Part shown: piece by piece, positions 22,955-31,153 of the stretch
How positions within the stretch are numbered: position 1 is the stretch's first letter
Layout: each line of letters begins with the position of its first letter
From: an uncultured Pseudomonadales bacterium
Lineage (GTDB): Bacteria; Pseudomonadota; Gammaproteobacteria; Pseudomonadales; Azotimanducaceae
Length of the DNA stretch: 47,695 nt
Direction: 5' to 3'
Assembly (NCBI GenBank): GCA_964524295.1
Contig: CAZGCW010000003.1
Span: forward strand, 1 to 47,695
Notes under the pieces: generated by a model
Database searches by the model: none
Seen by the model: the letters and a program-made list of their open reading frames with translations, nothing else
Told to the model about the DNA's origin: nothing
Position numbers and translations under genes: made by a program

Positions 22955-24010
22955 ATGCTCATCGATGAAAAGCGTCTTAAAGCATTTGCAACCGAGATTT
23001 TTTTGCGACTAAAAGCGCCAGAGGATAAGGCGAGGGAAACAGCTGAGCATTTGGTTGAGGCTAATTTGAAAGGCCACGATTCCCACGGTGTGGGTATGAT
23101 TCCTTCTTATGTGAGCAGCGCCCAACGCGGTCGCCTGGTCGTCGACGCAGATGCCAGGGTTAAATTGGATAAAGGGGCTGTCCTGCTCGTGGATGGCCAA
23201 CTGGGGTTTGGTCAGGTAGTGGGACGGCAAGCCACAGATCTGGGTATTAAAAGAGCCACCGAGATAGGAATTGCATGTGTTGGATCTCGTAACAACCATC
23301 ACCTAGGCCGTATTGGGACTTATGCGGAACACTGTGCTAAGGCAGGCTTGGTATCAATTCATTTCGTTAACGTGGTGGGTCATCCTCCTTTCGTGTCACC
23401 CTGGGGCGGTCGGGAAAAACGCATGCAGACGAATCCATTTTGTTGTGCAGTGCCAACGGCAGGCGAACCTCTGGTTCTGGATATGGCCACGAGCGCAATC
23501 GCCTTGGGTAAAGTTAGAGTAGCGGCGTTAAAACAAGAACCGGTCCCGGCGGGTAGCTTGTTTGATGCACAAGGAAACCCTACCACGGATCCGACGGCCA
23601 TTGCCGAAGGGGGATCTTTGGGTCCATTTGGGCAGCATAAAGGTTATGGTCTGGCGCTGATGTGTGAATTACTGGGCGGTGGACTGGCCGGCGAATGGAC
23701 CATGCAGGATGTTGAGAGGCAACAGGATTCGACGGTTAATCATATGTTGATGTTTATTATTGATCCGAATCTTTTTGGTGGTCTTGACGGCTTCCAGAGG
23801 GAGGTCGAAGGCATGCAGGATTGGCTAAGATCTTCTGCGCCAGCTGAAGGATTTGACAAGGTGAGGGTTCCTGGAGATCCAGAAAGGGAGGCCAAGCAGG
23901 CCAGGCTGCAGGAAGGTATTCCCATCGACGATGGCTCCTGGCAAGCGATTTGTACTGCCGCAGCGAAAGCCGGAATGAGTGAAGCGGAAATAGCGCCGTT
24001 TTTGAGCTAG
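22955..24010 (+). CDS. Ldh_2-family (malate/L-lactate dehydrogenase type 2) NAD(P)H oxidoreductase; substrate unknown
   Basis: The 351-aa protein has family-typical segments GHDSHGVGM, NHHLGRIG, TNPFCCAVP and GQHKGYGLALMCELL, as in YbiC/AllD/DpkA-type enzymes. Confidence 0.85.
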   Translation: MLIDEKRLKAFATEIFLRLKAPEDKARETAEHLVEANLKGHDSHGVGMIPSYVSSAQRGRLVVDADARVKLDKGAVLLVDGQLGFGQVVGRQATDLGIKRATEIGIACVGSRNNHHLGRIGTYAEHCAKAGLVSIHFVNVVGHPPFVSPWGGREKRMQTNPFCCAVPTAGEPLVLDMATSAIALGKVRVAALKQEPVPAGSLFDAQGNPTTDPTAIAEGGSLGPFGQHKGYGLALMCELLGGGLAGEWTMQDVERQQDSTVNHMLMFIIDPNLFGGLDGFQREVEGMQDWLRSSAPAEGFDKVRVPGDPEREAKQARLQEGIPIDDGSWQAICTAAAKAGMSEAEIAPFLS

Positions 24011-24191
24011 TTCAGGCCTTGCTGTAATGGGTCCATTGCAAGAAGTTGAGAAGGTGCTTTGGTGATAAAACGGGTATAATTTTTATCCAGCTTTAATCGC
24101 TTATCTCACCTTAGAGCTTGTTGTAGATAGTTTTAGAGTTTTTTGTAGATCGCTTTAGCACGCGTTTTAGATCGTGCTGAATAAAAATAAA

Positions 24192-24278
24192 TGGTGCCGA
24201 GGAGAGGACTTGAACCTCCACGGGGTTACCCCCACTAGCACCTGAAGCTAGCGTGTCTACCAATTCCACCACCTCGGC
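24192..24278 (-). tRNA. tRNA-Leu (anticodon CAG), CCA encoded
   Basis: The reverse complement is GCCGAGGTGGTGGAATTGGTAGACACGCTAGCTTCAGGTGCTAGTGGGGGTAACCCCGTGGAGGTTCAAGTCCTCTCCTCGGCACCA. It has a 7-bp acceptor stem, an anticodon loop TTCAGGT, a long variable arm and a TPsiC arm. It is very close to E. coli tRNA-Leu(CAG). Confidence 0.97.
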
Positions 24279-24291
24279 AATGAGGTTGCGC

Positions 24292-24320
24292 AGATTACAA
24301 GGACAGAGAGAATCTGTCAA
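24292..24320 (-). promoter_or_regulatory. Candidate sigma70 promoter of tRNA-Leu
   Basis: On the minus strand: TTGACA (24320-24315), a 17-nt spacer, then TAATCT (24297-24292). A GC-rich discriminator GCGCAACC follows, and the tRNA 5' end lies about 13 nt downstream. Confidence 0.5.
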
Positions 24321-24343
24321 TGCGTTGAATAAAGGAGCCATCT

Positions 24344-26782
24344 TTGGCCAGGGACCCCCACTCGAAACGAGAGGCGAGGCGATATGCGAATCCGATCGCC
24401 AGTCGCGAGTTTATTCTCGACACTTTATTAAAGGAGGGGAGCCCCTTGACTGCCCGGCAGTTGGCAAAGCGGCTCGGCTTGGAGCGGTCCGATCAGAAGG
24501 CTGCACTCAAGGCCAGATTGGCTGCAATGGCTAAATCTCGACAGGTTAGCCTGGATCAGCGCAATGCCTATTGGATTGCCGCCAAGGCGGAATTTGCCAC
24601 CGGTTGCGTTCTTGCTCATCCTGACGGATTTGGGTTTGTACAGATATCTTCTGGCGATGATGATGTGTTCCTGTCGGAAAGAGAAATGCGAAGCGTGTTT
24701 CATGGTGATCAGGTCAGGGTGGAAATTGCCAGTCAACGAAGGCGAGGCAAGTTAGAAGGCCGGATTGCCGAAGTAGTTGAGCGGCGCACCCAGAATTTGG
24801 TAGGCAGGTTGGTGGTATCATCTGGCGCCGCCGTGGTTGAACCGTTGCACAGGCGAATCAGGCATGAAATCGTTGTTGAGCAGACCGTTTCTTCAGACCT
24901 GCATACAGGGCAGATTGTGTCGGTTGATATTACTCGTCAGCCTGAATGGTCCTCACCCCCTCAGGGTCGAATTATCGCTGTGCTTGCTGACCAGCTAACG
25001 CCATCTACAGAAATAGAAGCCGTCCTGCAGCATCATGCTATACCTCATATTTTCCCTGATTCGGTCAATCAGCAGGTTAATCGGATTCCTGCCAAGATTC
25101 CAGCATCAGAAATTCAGCGCAGATTCGATTTGAGGAAGTTAGACTTCGTCACCATTGATGGTGAGGATGCACGTGACTTTGATGATGCTGTGTTCTGTGA
25201 GGAAACAGATAGTGGCTGGTGTCTTCGAGTGGCTATCGCTGATGTCGCCCATTATGTGACTGAGGCAACGGCTCTGGATAAAGAGGCGATTGTGCGTGGT
25301 ACTTCTGTCTATTTTCCCCAGCAAGTGATTCCCATGTTGCCTGAGAAACTCAGTAATGGATTATGCTCTCTGAAACCTGACGAGGATCGGCTGGTGCTGG
25401 TTTGTGAGATGCAGATTTCCAGGGAGGGCAGGCTGCAAGATTTCCTGTTTTATGAAGCTGTGATTCATTCTAAAGCCAGACTCACCTACACTAAGGTGGC
25501 CGATTACATTAGTGGTAATCGCGCGGTATTCCCCTCTGATTCGCCTTTGCATACTGCCATCGATAGTCTGTATCAGGTTTATCAATGCCTGGTGAAAGCT
25601 CGTTTTAATCGGGGTGCACTGGAGATTGATACCAGGGAGCTGCATTTCTCCTGGGATGAGCAGGGGACCTTGTCGAGATTGCAACCCGTCGCCAGGAATG
25701 AAGCGCATCGCTTGATCGAGGAATGTATGTTGTGCGCGAATGTGGCAACCGCGAAACTTATTGAACAGGTAGGCTTACCCGGCTTGTACAGAGTGCACGA
25801 GCGACCCGACGAAGAGAAGTTAACTTACCTAAGTAAGATGTTAGCCCAGTTTGGGGTATCGCTTGATCCGGGCAATTATCAGATCACCGCCAGGGATTAC
25901 CAGAAAATTCTAGATCAGGTTAGTACCCGGCCCTATGCAAAAGTGCTACAGATGGTCGTTCTCAGATCCATGAAGCAGGCGATTTACAGCCAGGAAAATC
26001 TTGGCCATTTTGGCCTTAATTATCAGGGTTATGCGCACTTTACTTCCCCGATCAGGCGATTAGCTGATTTGATTAACCATCGCTTAATCAAGCACTTGAT
26101 TGCCTCAGATCATTCGAATCCACACTTGGGACGTCATAGTGGATTCGTGGGTAAAAGTGTTTATTCCTATGACCCGGAGGCGATGGAAGTGCTGGCTCTG
26201 GCAGCCAGCCAGACTGAACGAAGAGCGGATAGTGCCGTTTATGAAGTGTTGGAGTGGCTGAAATGCGAATACTTGAAACAGTTTCTGGGAGAAGAGTTTG
26301 GCGGCATGATTACGGCGGTTACTAAATTTGGGTTTTTTGTTGAGCTGGATGACTTGTTTGTAGAAGGTCTGGTCTCGCTGAATAGTCTCTCCGGCGGGTA
26401 CTATCGCTTTGATGCTGCGTTTCAGCGACTTCGGTCTGACAGAAACGGAACCTCGTTTCATTTAGGTGATGCTGTGGTGGTCCAGATAGCTGACATTAAT
26501 AGTGAACAGGGCCAGGTTGATTTAGAGCTCTTATCGCACCAGCCGCTCGCTCGTCGTAATAACTCGGTCCGTAAGACACGCAAGCGTGACGATACGGTCG
26601 GCAAGAAAAGTACCAGAACGAAACCCAAAAAACTAAAAGCAATACTAAAAGCAATACTAAAAGCAATACTAAAAGAAAAACTAAAAGAAAAACGACAAAC
26701 AAAACAACCAGCGAAACGAGTAGCAAAAGTAGAAGCAAAACAAAGAGAAAACCAAAAGAAAATTAAAAAGAGGTTAGAGTGA
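24344..26782 (+). CDS. rnr: Ribonuclease R
   Basis: The N-terminus ...REARRYANPIASREFIL matches E. coli RNase R. The RNB core contains FVTIDGEDARDFDDAV, GTSVYFPQQVIPMLPE and GHFGLNYQGYAHFTSPIRR. A C-terminal S1 domain and a Lys-rich tail follow. The TTG start has AAAGGAG 6 nt upstream. Confidence 0.95.
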   Translation: MARDPHSKREARRYANPIASREFILDTLLKEGSPLTARQLAKRLGLERSDQKAALKARLAAMAKSRQVSLDQRNAYWIAAKAEFATGCVLAHPDGFGFVQISSGDDDVFLSEREMRSVFHGDQVRVEIASQRRRGKLEGRIAEVVERRTQNLVGRLVVSSGAAVVEPLHRRIRHEIVVEQTVSSDLHTGQIVSVDITRQPEWSSPPQGRIIAVLADQLTPSTEIEAVLQHHAIPHIFPDSVNQQVNRIPAKIPASEIQRRFDLRKLDFVTIDGEDARDFDDAVFCEETDSGWCLRVAIADVAHYVTEATALDKEAIVRGTSVYFPQQVIPMLPEKLSNGLCSLKPDEDRLVLVCEMQISREGRLQDFLFYEAVIHSKARLTYTKVADYISGNRAVFPSDSPLHTAIDSLYQVYQCLVKARFNRGALEIDTRELHFSWDEQGTLSRLQPVARNEAHRLIEECMLCANVATAKLIEQVGLPGLYRVHERPDEEKLTYLSKMLAQFGVSLDPGNYQITARDYQKILDQVSTRPYAKVLQMVVLRSMKQAIYSQENLGHFGLNYQGYAHFTSPIRRLADLINHRLIKHLIASDHSNPHLGRHSGFVGKSVYSYDPEAMEVLALAASQTERRADSAVYEVLEWLKCEYLKQFLGEEFGGMITAVTKFGFFVELDDLFVEGLVSLNSLSGGYYRFDAAFQRLRSDRNGTSFHLGDAVVVQIADINSEQGQVDLELLSHQPLARRNNSVRKTRKRDDTVGKKSTRTKPKKLKAILKAILKAILKEKLKEKRQTKQPAKRVAKVEAKQRENQKKIKKRLE
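26636..26695 (+). repeat. In-frame 12-bp tandem repeat inside the rnr 3' end: (AAAGCAATACTA)x3 followed by 2 AAAGAAAAAC(T/G)A units
   Basis: Read directly from the sequence. It encodes KAILKAILKAILKEKLKEKR in the basic tail of RNase R. Confidence 0.9.
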
Positions 26783-26783
26783 A

Positions 26784-27518
26784 TTGAAGGCAAACGTTAT
26801 TTTTGGCATTCATCCCGTGCGCCGGGCATTGCTCGATGGCACAGAAGGTCGGTTGTTGATGATCGCCGGGAAGCATTCAAAGAGACTCGATGAACTCAGG
26901 ATTCTCGCCGAGGACAAAGGGGTTCCATTGGAGTGGACAGCTAAACAGAATCTGGATGAGATTGCCGGTCAGCAGGCGAATCATCAGAGCGTGGTATTGC
27001 TTGCTGATGGAGGCTCAATAATGACTCATAAAATTGAGGACTTTTTAAATCCAAGCCAACATCAGAGAAGTTTCCTTATTCTTGATGGCGTCACTGATCC
27101 AGGGAATCTTGGTGCTTGTCTCAGAAGTGCTGCTACCGCAGGAGTCGATGCTGTGATTGTACCTAAGCACGGTACGGCACCGCTTAATAGTATTGCCATG
27201 AAACGATCGTCCGGAGCAGCCAGCCAGGTGCCTTATATTGAGGTGGTTAACCTGGCCCGAACGATACGCCAGCTGAAAGAATCTGGCGTCTGGATTTTGG
27301 GAACAAGAGCCGATGAAGCACAGCACCTCGAGGCCATCGATTTCTGTCGTGACATTGCCATTGTGATGGGTTCAGAAGAACGAGGAATCCGTCATAATAC
27401 GGCTAAACAATGTGACCTCTGGGCTGGCATTCCTATGTCGAACCCAGAATTTACATTGAATGTGAGTGTTGCAACCGGGATTTGTCTATATGAGATGCAA
27501 CGGCAGAGGCGCAGTTGA
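26784..27518 (+). CDS. rlmB: 23S rRNA (guanosine2251-2'-O)-methyltransferase
   Basis: SpoU/TrmH motifs LDGVTDPGNLGA, MGSEERGI and LNVSVA. It lies directly after rnr, as in E. coli and Pseudomonas. The start is TTG. Confidence 0.92.
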   Translation: MKANVIFGIHPVRRALLDGTEGRLLMIAGKHSKRLDELRILAEDKGVPLEWTAKQNLDEIAGQQANHQSVVLLADGGSIMTHKIEDFLNPSQHQRSFLILDGVTDPGNLGACLRSAATAGVDAVIVPKHGTAPLNSIAMKRSSGAASQVPYIEVVNLARTIRQLKESGVWILGTRADEAQHLEAIDFCRDIAIVMGSEERGIRHNTAKQCDLWAGIPMSNPEFTLNVSVATGICLYEMQRQRRS

Positions 27519-27560
27519 AAGCCATTGACCGATTGGTTCGTCACAGTTGATTAAATCTGT

Positions 27561-27589
27561 TTGCATATTGGCCTGCAATTGCTTACTAT
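27561..27589 (+). promoter_or_regulatory. Candidate sigma70 promoter of the rpsF operon
   Basis: TTGCAT (27561-27566), a 17-nt spacer, then TACTAT (27584-27589). A GC-rich discriminator TGCGCCCC follows, as is typical of stringently controlled r-protein promoters. Confidence 0.45.
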
Positions 27590-27610
27590 TGCGCCCCTTT
27601 TTTACATTAA

Positions 27611-27660
27611 CTCCTTGCCGCACCTGACTATTGTTCTCGGCGGCAATATACCGAGAGGAG
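27611..27660 (+). promoter_or_regulatory. Candidate rpsF 5'-leader hairpin that sequesters the SD (possible S6:S18 autoregulatory element)
   Basis: CUCCU (27611-15) can pair with the SD AGGAG (27656-60). UGCCG can pair with CGGCA. The 3'-side asymmetric loop AUAUACCGAG contains CCG. The fold was done by eye only. Confidence 0.3.
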
Positions 27661-27667
27661 CTCAAGT

Positions 27668-28171
27668 ATGAGACACTACGAAGTGGTTTTTCTGGTGCAC
27701 CCTGGTCAAAGTGAACAGGTGCCTGGGATGATCGAACGCTATTCCAATTTAATTTCTCAGGCCGGTGGCACTGTGCATCGAACGGAAGATTGGGGTAGAA
27801 GACAACTTGCCTATCCTATTAACAAAATCTTTAAAGCTCACTATGCGCTTTTGAACATCGAATGTGATCTTGAAACGCTGGATGAACTGAGTGCATCTTT
27901 TCGTTTTAATGATGCTGTTTTGCGAAACCTGATAATGGGTCGTAAGCAGGCGGATGTGGTCGTATCACCGATTATGAAGATTGAGAATGAAAGTAAGGAG
28001 CGCAAGGACCGAGAGGAACAGAGTCGTCCAAAGCCGACGCAGACCGAAGATAAAAAGGCTGCTGAGGTGAGCGCTGAAAGCGAGCAGGAAGACAAGGCGA
28101 CTGAGCCGGATCAAGCCAGCACTGAAGAGGCTACCGTTGAGGAAACAGCTGAAAGCGAGCAGGGGGAATAA
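27668..28171 (+). CDS. rpsF: 30S ribosomal protein S6 with a long acidic C-terminal extension
   Basis: [25 protein letters not shown]...[12 protein letters not shown]. Confidence 0.95.
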   Translation: MRHYEVVFLVHPGQSEQVPGMIERYSNLISQAGGTVHRTEDWGRRQLAYPINKIFKAHYALLNIECDLETLDELSASFRFNDAVLRNLIMGRKQADVVVSPIMKIENESKERKDREEQSRPKPTQTEDKKAAEVSAESEQEDKATEPDQASTEEATVEETAESEQGE

Positions 28172-28173
28172 AT

Positions 28174-28401
28174 ATGTCACGTTTTTTTCGAAGACGAAAA
28201 TATTGTCGGTTTACGGCTGAGGGAATTAAAGAAGTCGATTACAAAGATATCGACTTGCTTAAAGCTTATGTTACTGAGACAGGTAAAATTGTTCCCAGTC
28301 GTATTACCGGAACAAAAGCCAAATACCAGAGACAATTAGCCAAGGCGGTGAAGCGGGCAAGATACCTAGCGTTGCTTCCTTATACGGATGCTCACAAGTA
28401 A
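28174..28401 (+). CDS. rpsR: 30S ribosomal protein S18
   Basis: [13 protein letters not shown]...IDYKD...[20 protein letters not shown]. Confidence 0.96.
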   Translation: MSRFFRRRKYCRFTAEGIKEVDYKDIDLLKAYVTETGKIVPSRITGTKAKYQRQLAKAVKRARYLALLPYTDAHK

Positions 28402-28420
28402 AGTCTGAAGGAGAAATTCG

Positions 28421-29269
28421 GTGCGTGCACTCGCAGAATTTGTAATGCGTGGACGGGCGCAGGCAAGCGGGGCTGCATTTTTGGGATCAGCACTACCGCT
28501 GGTTAGTTGGATCAGCGCATCGATCGTTTCACTGGTTATTTTGCGTAAGGGTAACAAGGAGGGTAGTTTAGTATTGCTCTGGGCTATGCTCCCATTGGGG
28601 TTGAGTTACTATCTGGTCGGTGACTCAAGTGGTCTGATCGCCCTGGTGGGTACGGCAATCCTGGCGATGATTTTGAGAAGCAGTATATCCTGGGAGCTGA
28701 CCTTACTGGCCGCTGTGTTGCTAGCCAGCATGGGTAGCTGGGTATTTCAGCTCAGTGCGGTTCAGGTGGTGACATCGTTTATTGACTGGTATTTAGCCAT
28801 GGTCAGTGAACTTCAGTCTGAGTTGCAGGTCCCCACCCCAGAACAGGCAAAGCGCGCTATATTAGCTTATTTTGCCATGGGGCAGGCCTATCTTATGGTC
28901 TTACTGCTTATGCTGGCGCGTTGGTGGCAGAGCAAGTTATTTAATCCTGGCGGGTTTGGCCAGGAATTTCGACAGCTGCGGATGTCGCCTGGAGTGAGTC
29001 TGGGATTATTGCTGGTGAGCGCCGGTTGTGTGTTGCTTAGAGATCAGTTTGGGATGTGGTTGGGTGTATTAACTTTGCCTTTTGTAATGTCAGCAACGGG
29101 TTTTGTACATTGGTATTTTCAGCGGCGTGGATGGCCCGGTAATAGATTTACGTATTACTACCTTACGCTGTTATTTTTTTTCCAGTTGATGTGTGCGGTA
29201 TTGGTCGCGCTGGCGCTGGTGGACAGTATGATGAATTTGAGAAAGCGGATTGAATTAAAAGAGGGTTAG
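28421..29269 (+). CDS. Polytopic inner-membrane protein of unknown function, encoded between rpsR and rplI
   Basis: The 282-aa ORF has a GTG start 19 nt after rpsR and ends 2 nt before rplI. By eye it has at least 6 hydrophobic helices. As I recall, it occupies the same position as the uncharacterised PA4933 of P. aeruginosa. Confidence 0.7.
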   Translation: MRALAEFVMRGRAQASGAAFLGSALPLVSWISASIVSLVILRKGNKEGSLVLLWAMLPLGLSYYLVGDSSGLIALVGTAILAMILRSSISWELTLLAAVLLASMGSWVFQLSAVQVVTSFIDWYLAMVSELQSELQVPTPEQAKRAILAYFAMGQAYLMVLLLMLARWWQSKLFNPGGFGQEFRQLRMSPGVSLGLLLVSAGCVLLRDQFGMWLGVLTLPFVMSATGFVHWYFQRRGWPGNRFTYYYLTLLFFFQLMCAVLVALALVDSMMNLRKRIELKEG

Positions 29270-29271
29270 AA

Positions 29272-29736
29272 ATGGAAGTCATTCTTTTAGAGAATATTGC
29301 AAATCTGGGCAAGTTGGGTGATACGGTGACCGTAAAAGCAGGTTATGGAAGGAATTATCTGGTTCCCCAGGCGAAAGCGGTGGCGGCAACAGCTGAAAAC
29401 CTGGCTGTGTTTGAGACCAGAAAAGCCGAATTGCTTAAAGAGGCTGGTGATCAGTTGAGTCGTGCAGAACAGCGTAAAACTGAGATCGAAGCCGTTACGG
29501 TGACTATTTCTGCGAATGTCGGCGAAGAAGGCAAGCTTTTTGGTTCGGTCACAGTTCGTGATATTGCAGACAAAGTAACTGAGATGGGTGTTGATGTTGA
29601 TCGTAGTGAAGTGCGCTTACCCGATGGACCCCTGCGTCAGGTTGGTGAGTACGACGTTGAGATCGCGCTGCATATTGGCGTCGAGGCCAGCCTAAAAGTG
29701 GTTGTTGAAGCCGAGGAATCATTTCCATCTGAGTGA
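29272..29736 (+). CDS. rplI: 50S ribosomal protein L9
   Basis: MEVILLENIANLGKLGDTVTVKAGYGRNYLVPQAKA. Confidence 0.95.
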   Translation: MEVILLENIANLGKLGDTVTVKAGYGRNYLVPQAKAVAATAENLAVFETRKAELLKEAGDQLSRAEQRKTEIEAVTVTISANVGEEGKLFGSVTVRDIADKVTEMGVDVDRSEVRLPDGPLRQVGEYDVEIALHIGVEASLKVVVEAEESFPSE

Positions 29737-29779
29737 TGATGATTTACTCTAGTACAACATCCTTGTAAAAGAGTTATCT

Positions 29780-31153
29780 TTGGCTATCGCGTTTGATCAA
29801 AGTCAGGAGGGATTAAAAGTCCCGCCGCATTCAATCGAAGCCGAGCGGTCGGTACTCGGCGGTCTAATGCTTGATGCACAGGCATGGGACACCATTTCAG
29901 CTATTCTATCGGCCGAGGACTTTTATCGGTCAGAGCACCGTCCTATTTATCGAGCGATGGAATGGCTTGTAGACCAGAATAAACCACTTGATATCGTGAC
30001 GCTGGCTGAAACGCTTGAGCTCCATGGCGAGCTCGACCAAGTCGGCGGCATGGAGTACTTGAGTGAGCTAGCTAACTCAACCCCGACGGCTTCTAATGTA
30101 ACCGCATATGCTGAAATAGTACTTGAACGTGCAACGGTGAGAAAGTTAATTGCCGTTGCCCATGAAATCGCCGAGAGTGGTTTTAATCCTCAGGGCAGAG
30201 ACAGTGCTCGATTGGTTGATGAGGCCGAAAGTAAGGTTTTTCAGATTGGGGATGAACGGCCTTCCCGGGGCGGGCCGCAAACTATTCGCCCTCTTCTCAC
30301 CAAAGCAGTCGAAAAAATTGATCAATTGTATTTGACCAAAGGTGCGCTTACCGGTATTAGCAGCGGCTTTAAAGATATCGATGATATTACATCGGGTTTA
30401 CAGCCTTCAGATCTGATTATTATTGCAGGTCGTCCTTCCATGGGTAAAACGGCCTTTATGATGAATATGGCCGAGAGTGCCGTGATCGACGGCGAAAAGC
30501 CGGTCTTGGTATTTAGTCTTGAGATGCCCTCACATTCATTAATTCTGAGAATGCTGTCATCACTCGGGCGAATTGATCAGACTAAAATCCGGACTGGACA
30601 GTTGGGAGATGATGACTGGCCCAGGCTCACCTCGGCGGTCACACTGCTTAATGATAAACCTTTGTTTGTAGATGATACCCCCGCATTGACACCGAACGAG
30701 ATCCGATCCAGAAGCCGCCGTATTGTTCGGGAACATGGTTCCTTAGGCATGATCGCGGTCGATTATCTGCAATTGATGCAGACTTCGGGTACGCCTGAGA
30801 ATCGGGCTGTTGAGATTTCTGAAATTTCTCGGTCTCTAAAGTCTATCGCCAAAGAATTCAACTGCCCGGTTATCGCTGGCTCTCAGTTGAACCGAGGTCT
30901 GGAACAACGCACGGACAAACGCCCTATCATGTCAGATTTACGAGAATCAGGTGCCATTGAGCAGGACGCAGATCTGATTATGGCGATCTACAGGGATGAG
31001 GTTTACCACGATGATACCGAGGATAAAGGTATCGCTGAAGTGATTATCCTGAAGCAACGTAATGGTCCCATCGGTCGTAAGAAATTAGCCTTTATAGGGC
31101 AGTTTACCAAGTTCGAAGATTTAGCTCGAGACTATGAAGACTATTATCAATGA
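29780..31153 (+). CDS. dnaB: Replicative DNA helicase
   Basis: PPHSIEAERSVLGGLM, Walker A AGRPSMGKTA, DYLQLM and SQLNRGLEQR. There is no intein. The start is TTG. Confidence 0.96.
   Translation: MAIAFDQSQEGLKVPPHSIEAERSVLGGLMLDAQAWDTISAILSAEDFYRSEHRPIYRAMEWLVDQNKPLDIVTLAETLELHGELDQVGGMEYLSELANSTPTASNVTAYAEIVLERATVRKLIAVAHEIAESGFNPQGRDSARLVDEAESKVFQIGDERPSRGGPQTIRPLLTKAVEKIDQLYLTKGALTGISSGFKDIDDITSGLQPSDLIIIAGRPSMGKTAFMMNMAESAVIDGEKPVLVFSLEMPSHSLILRMLSSLGRIDQTKIRTGQLGDDDWPRLTSAVTLLNDKPLFVDDTPALTPNEIRSRSRRIVREHGSLGMIAVDYLQLMQTSGTPENRAVEISEISRSLKSIAKEFNCPVIAGSQLNRGLEQRTDKRPIMSDLRESGAIEQDADLIMAIYRDEVYHDDTEDKGIAEVIILKQRNGPIGRKKLAFIGQFTKFEDLARDYEDYYQ

Noticed and set aside
22955-24278. A possible tRNA-Leu-associated genomic islet (Ldh_2 gene on the 3' side of the tRNA).
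   Set aside because: I could see no integrase, no direct repeat of the tRNA 3' end and no other cargo. I kept it only as a low-interest synteny break.
24111-24341. A 76-aa minus-strand ORF.
   Set aside because: It runs straight through the tRNA-Leu gene and its promoter, so it is an artefact.
26458-26793. Minus-strand ORFs of 111 aa and 80 aa (the latter rich in L/V/F: LLLVLLLVLLLV...).
   Set aside because: They are the antisense mirror image of the Lys-rich (AAA/AAG) tandem-repeat tail of rnr. They lie fully inside a confident gene and have no SD.
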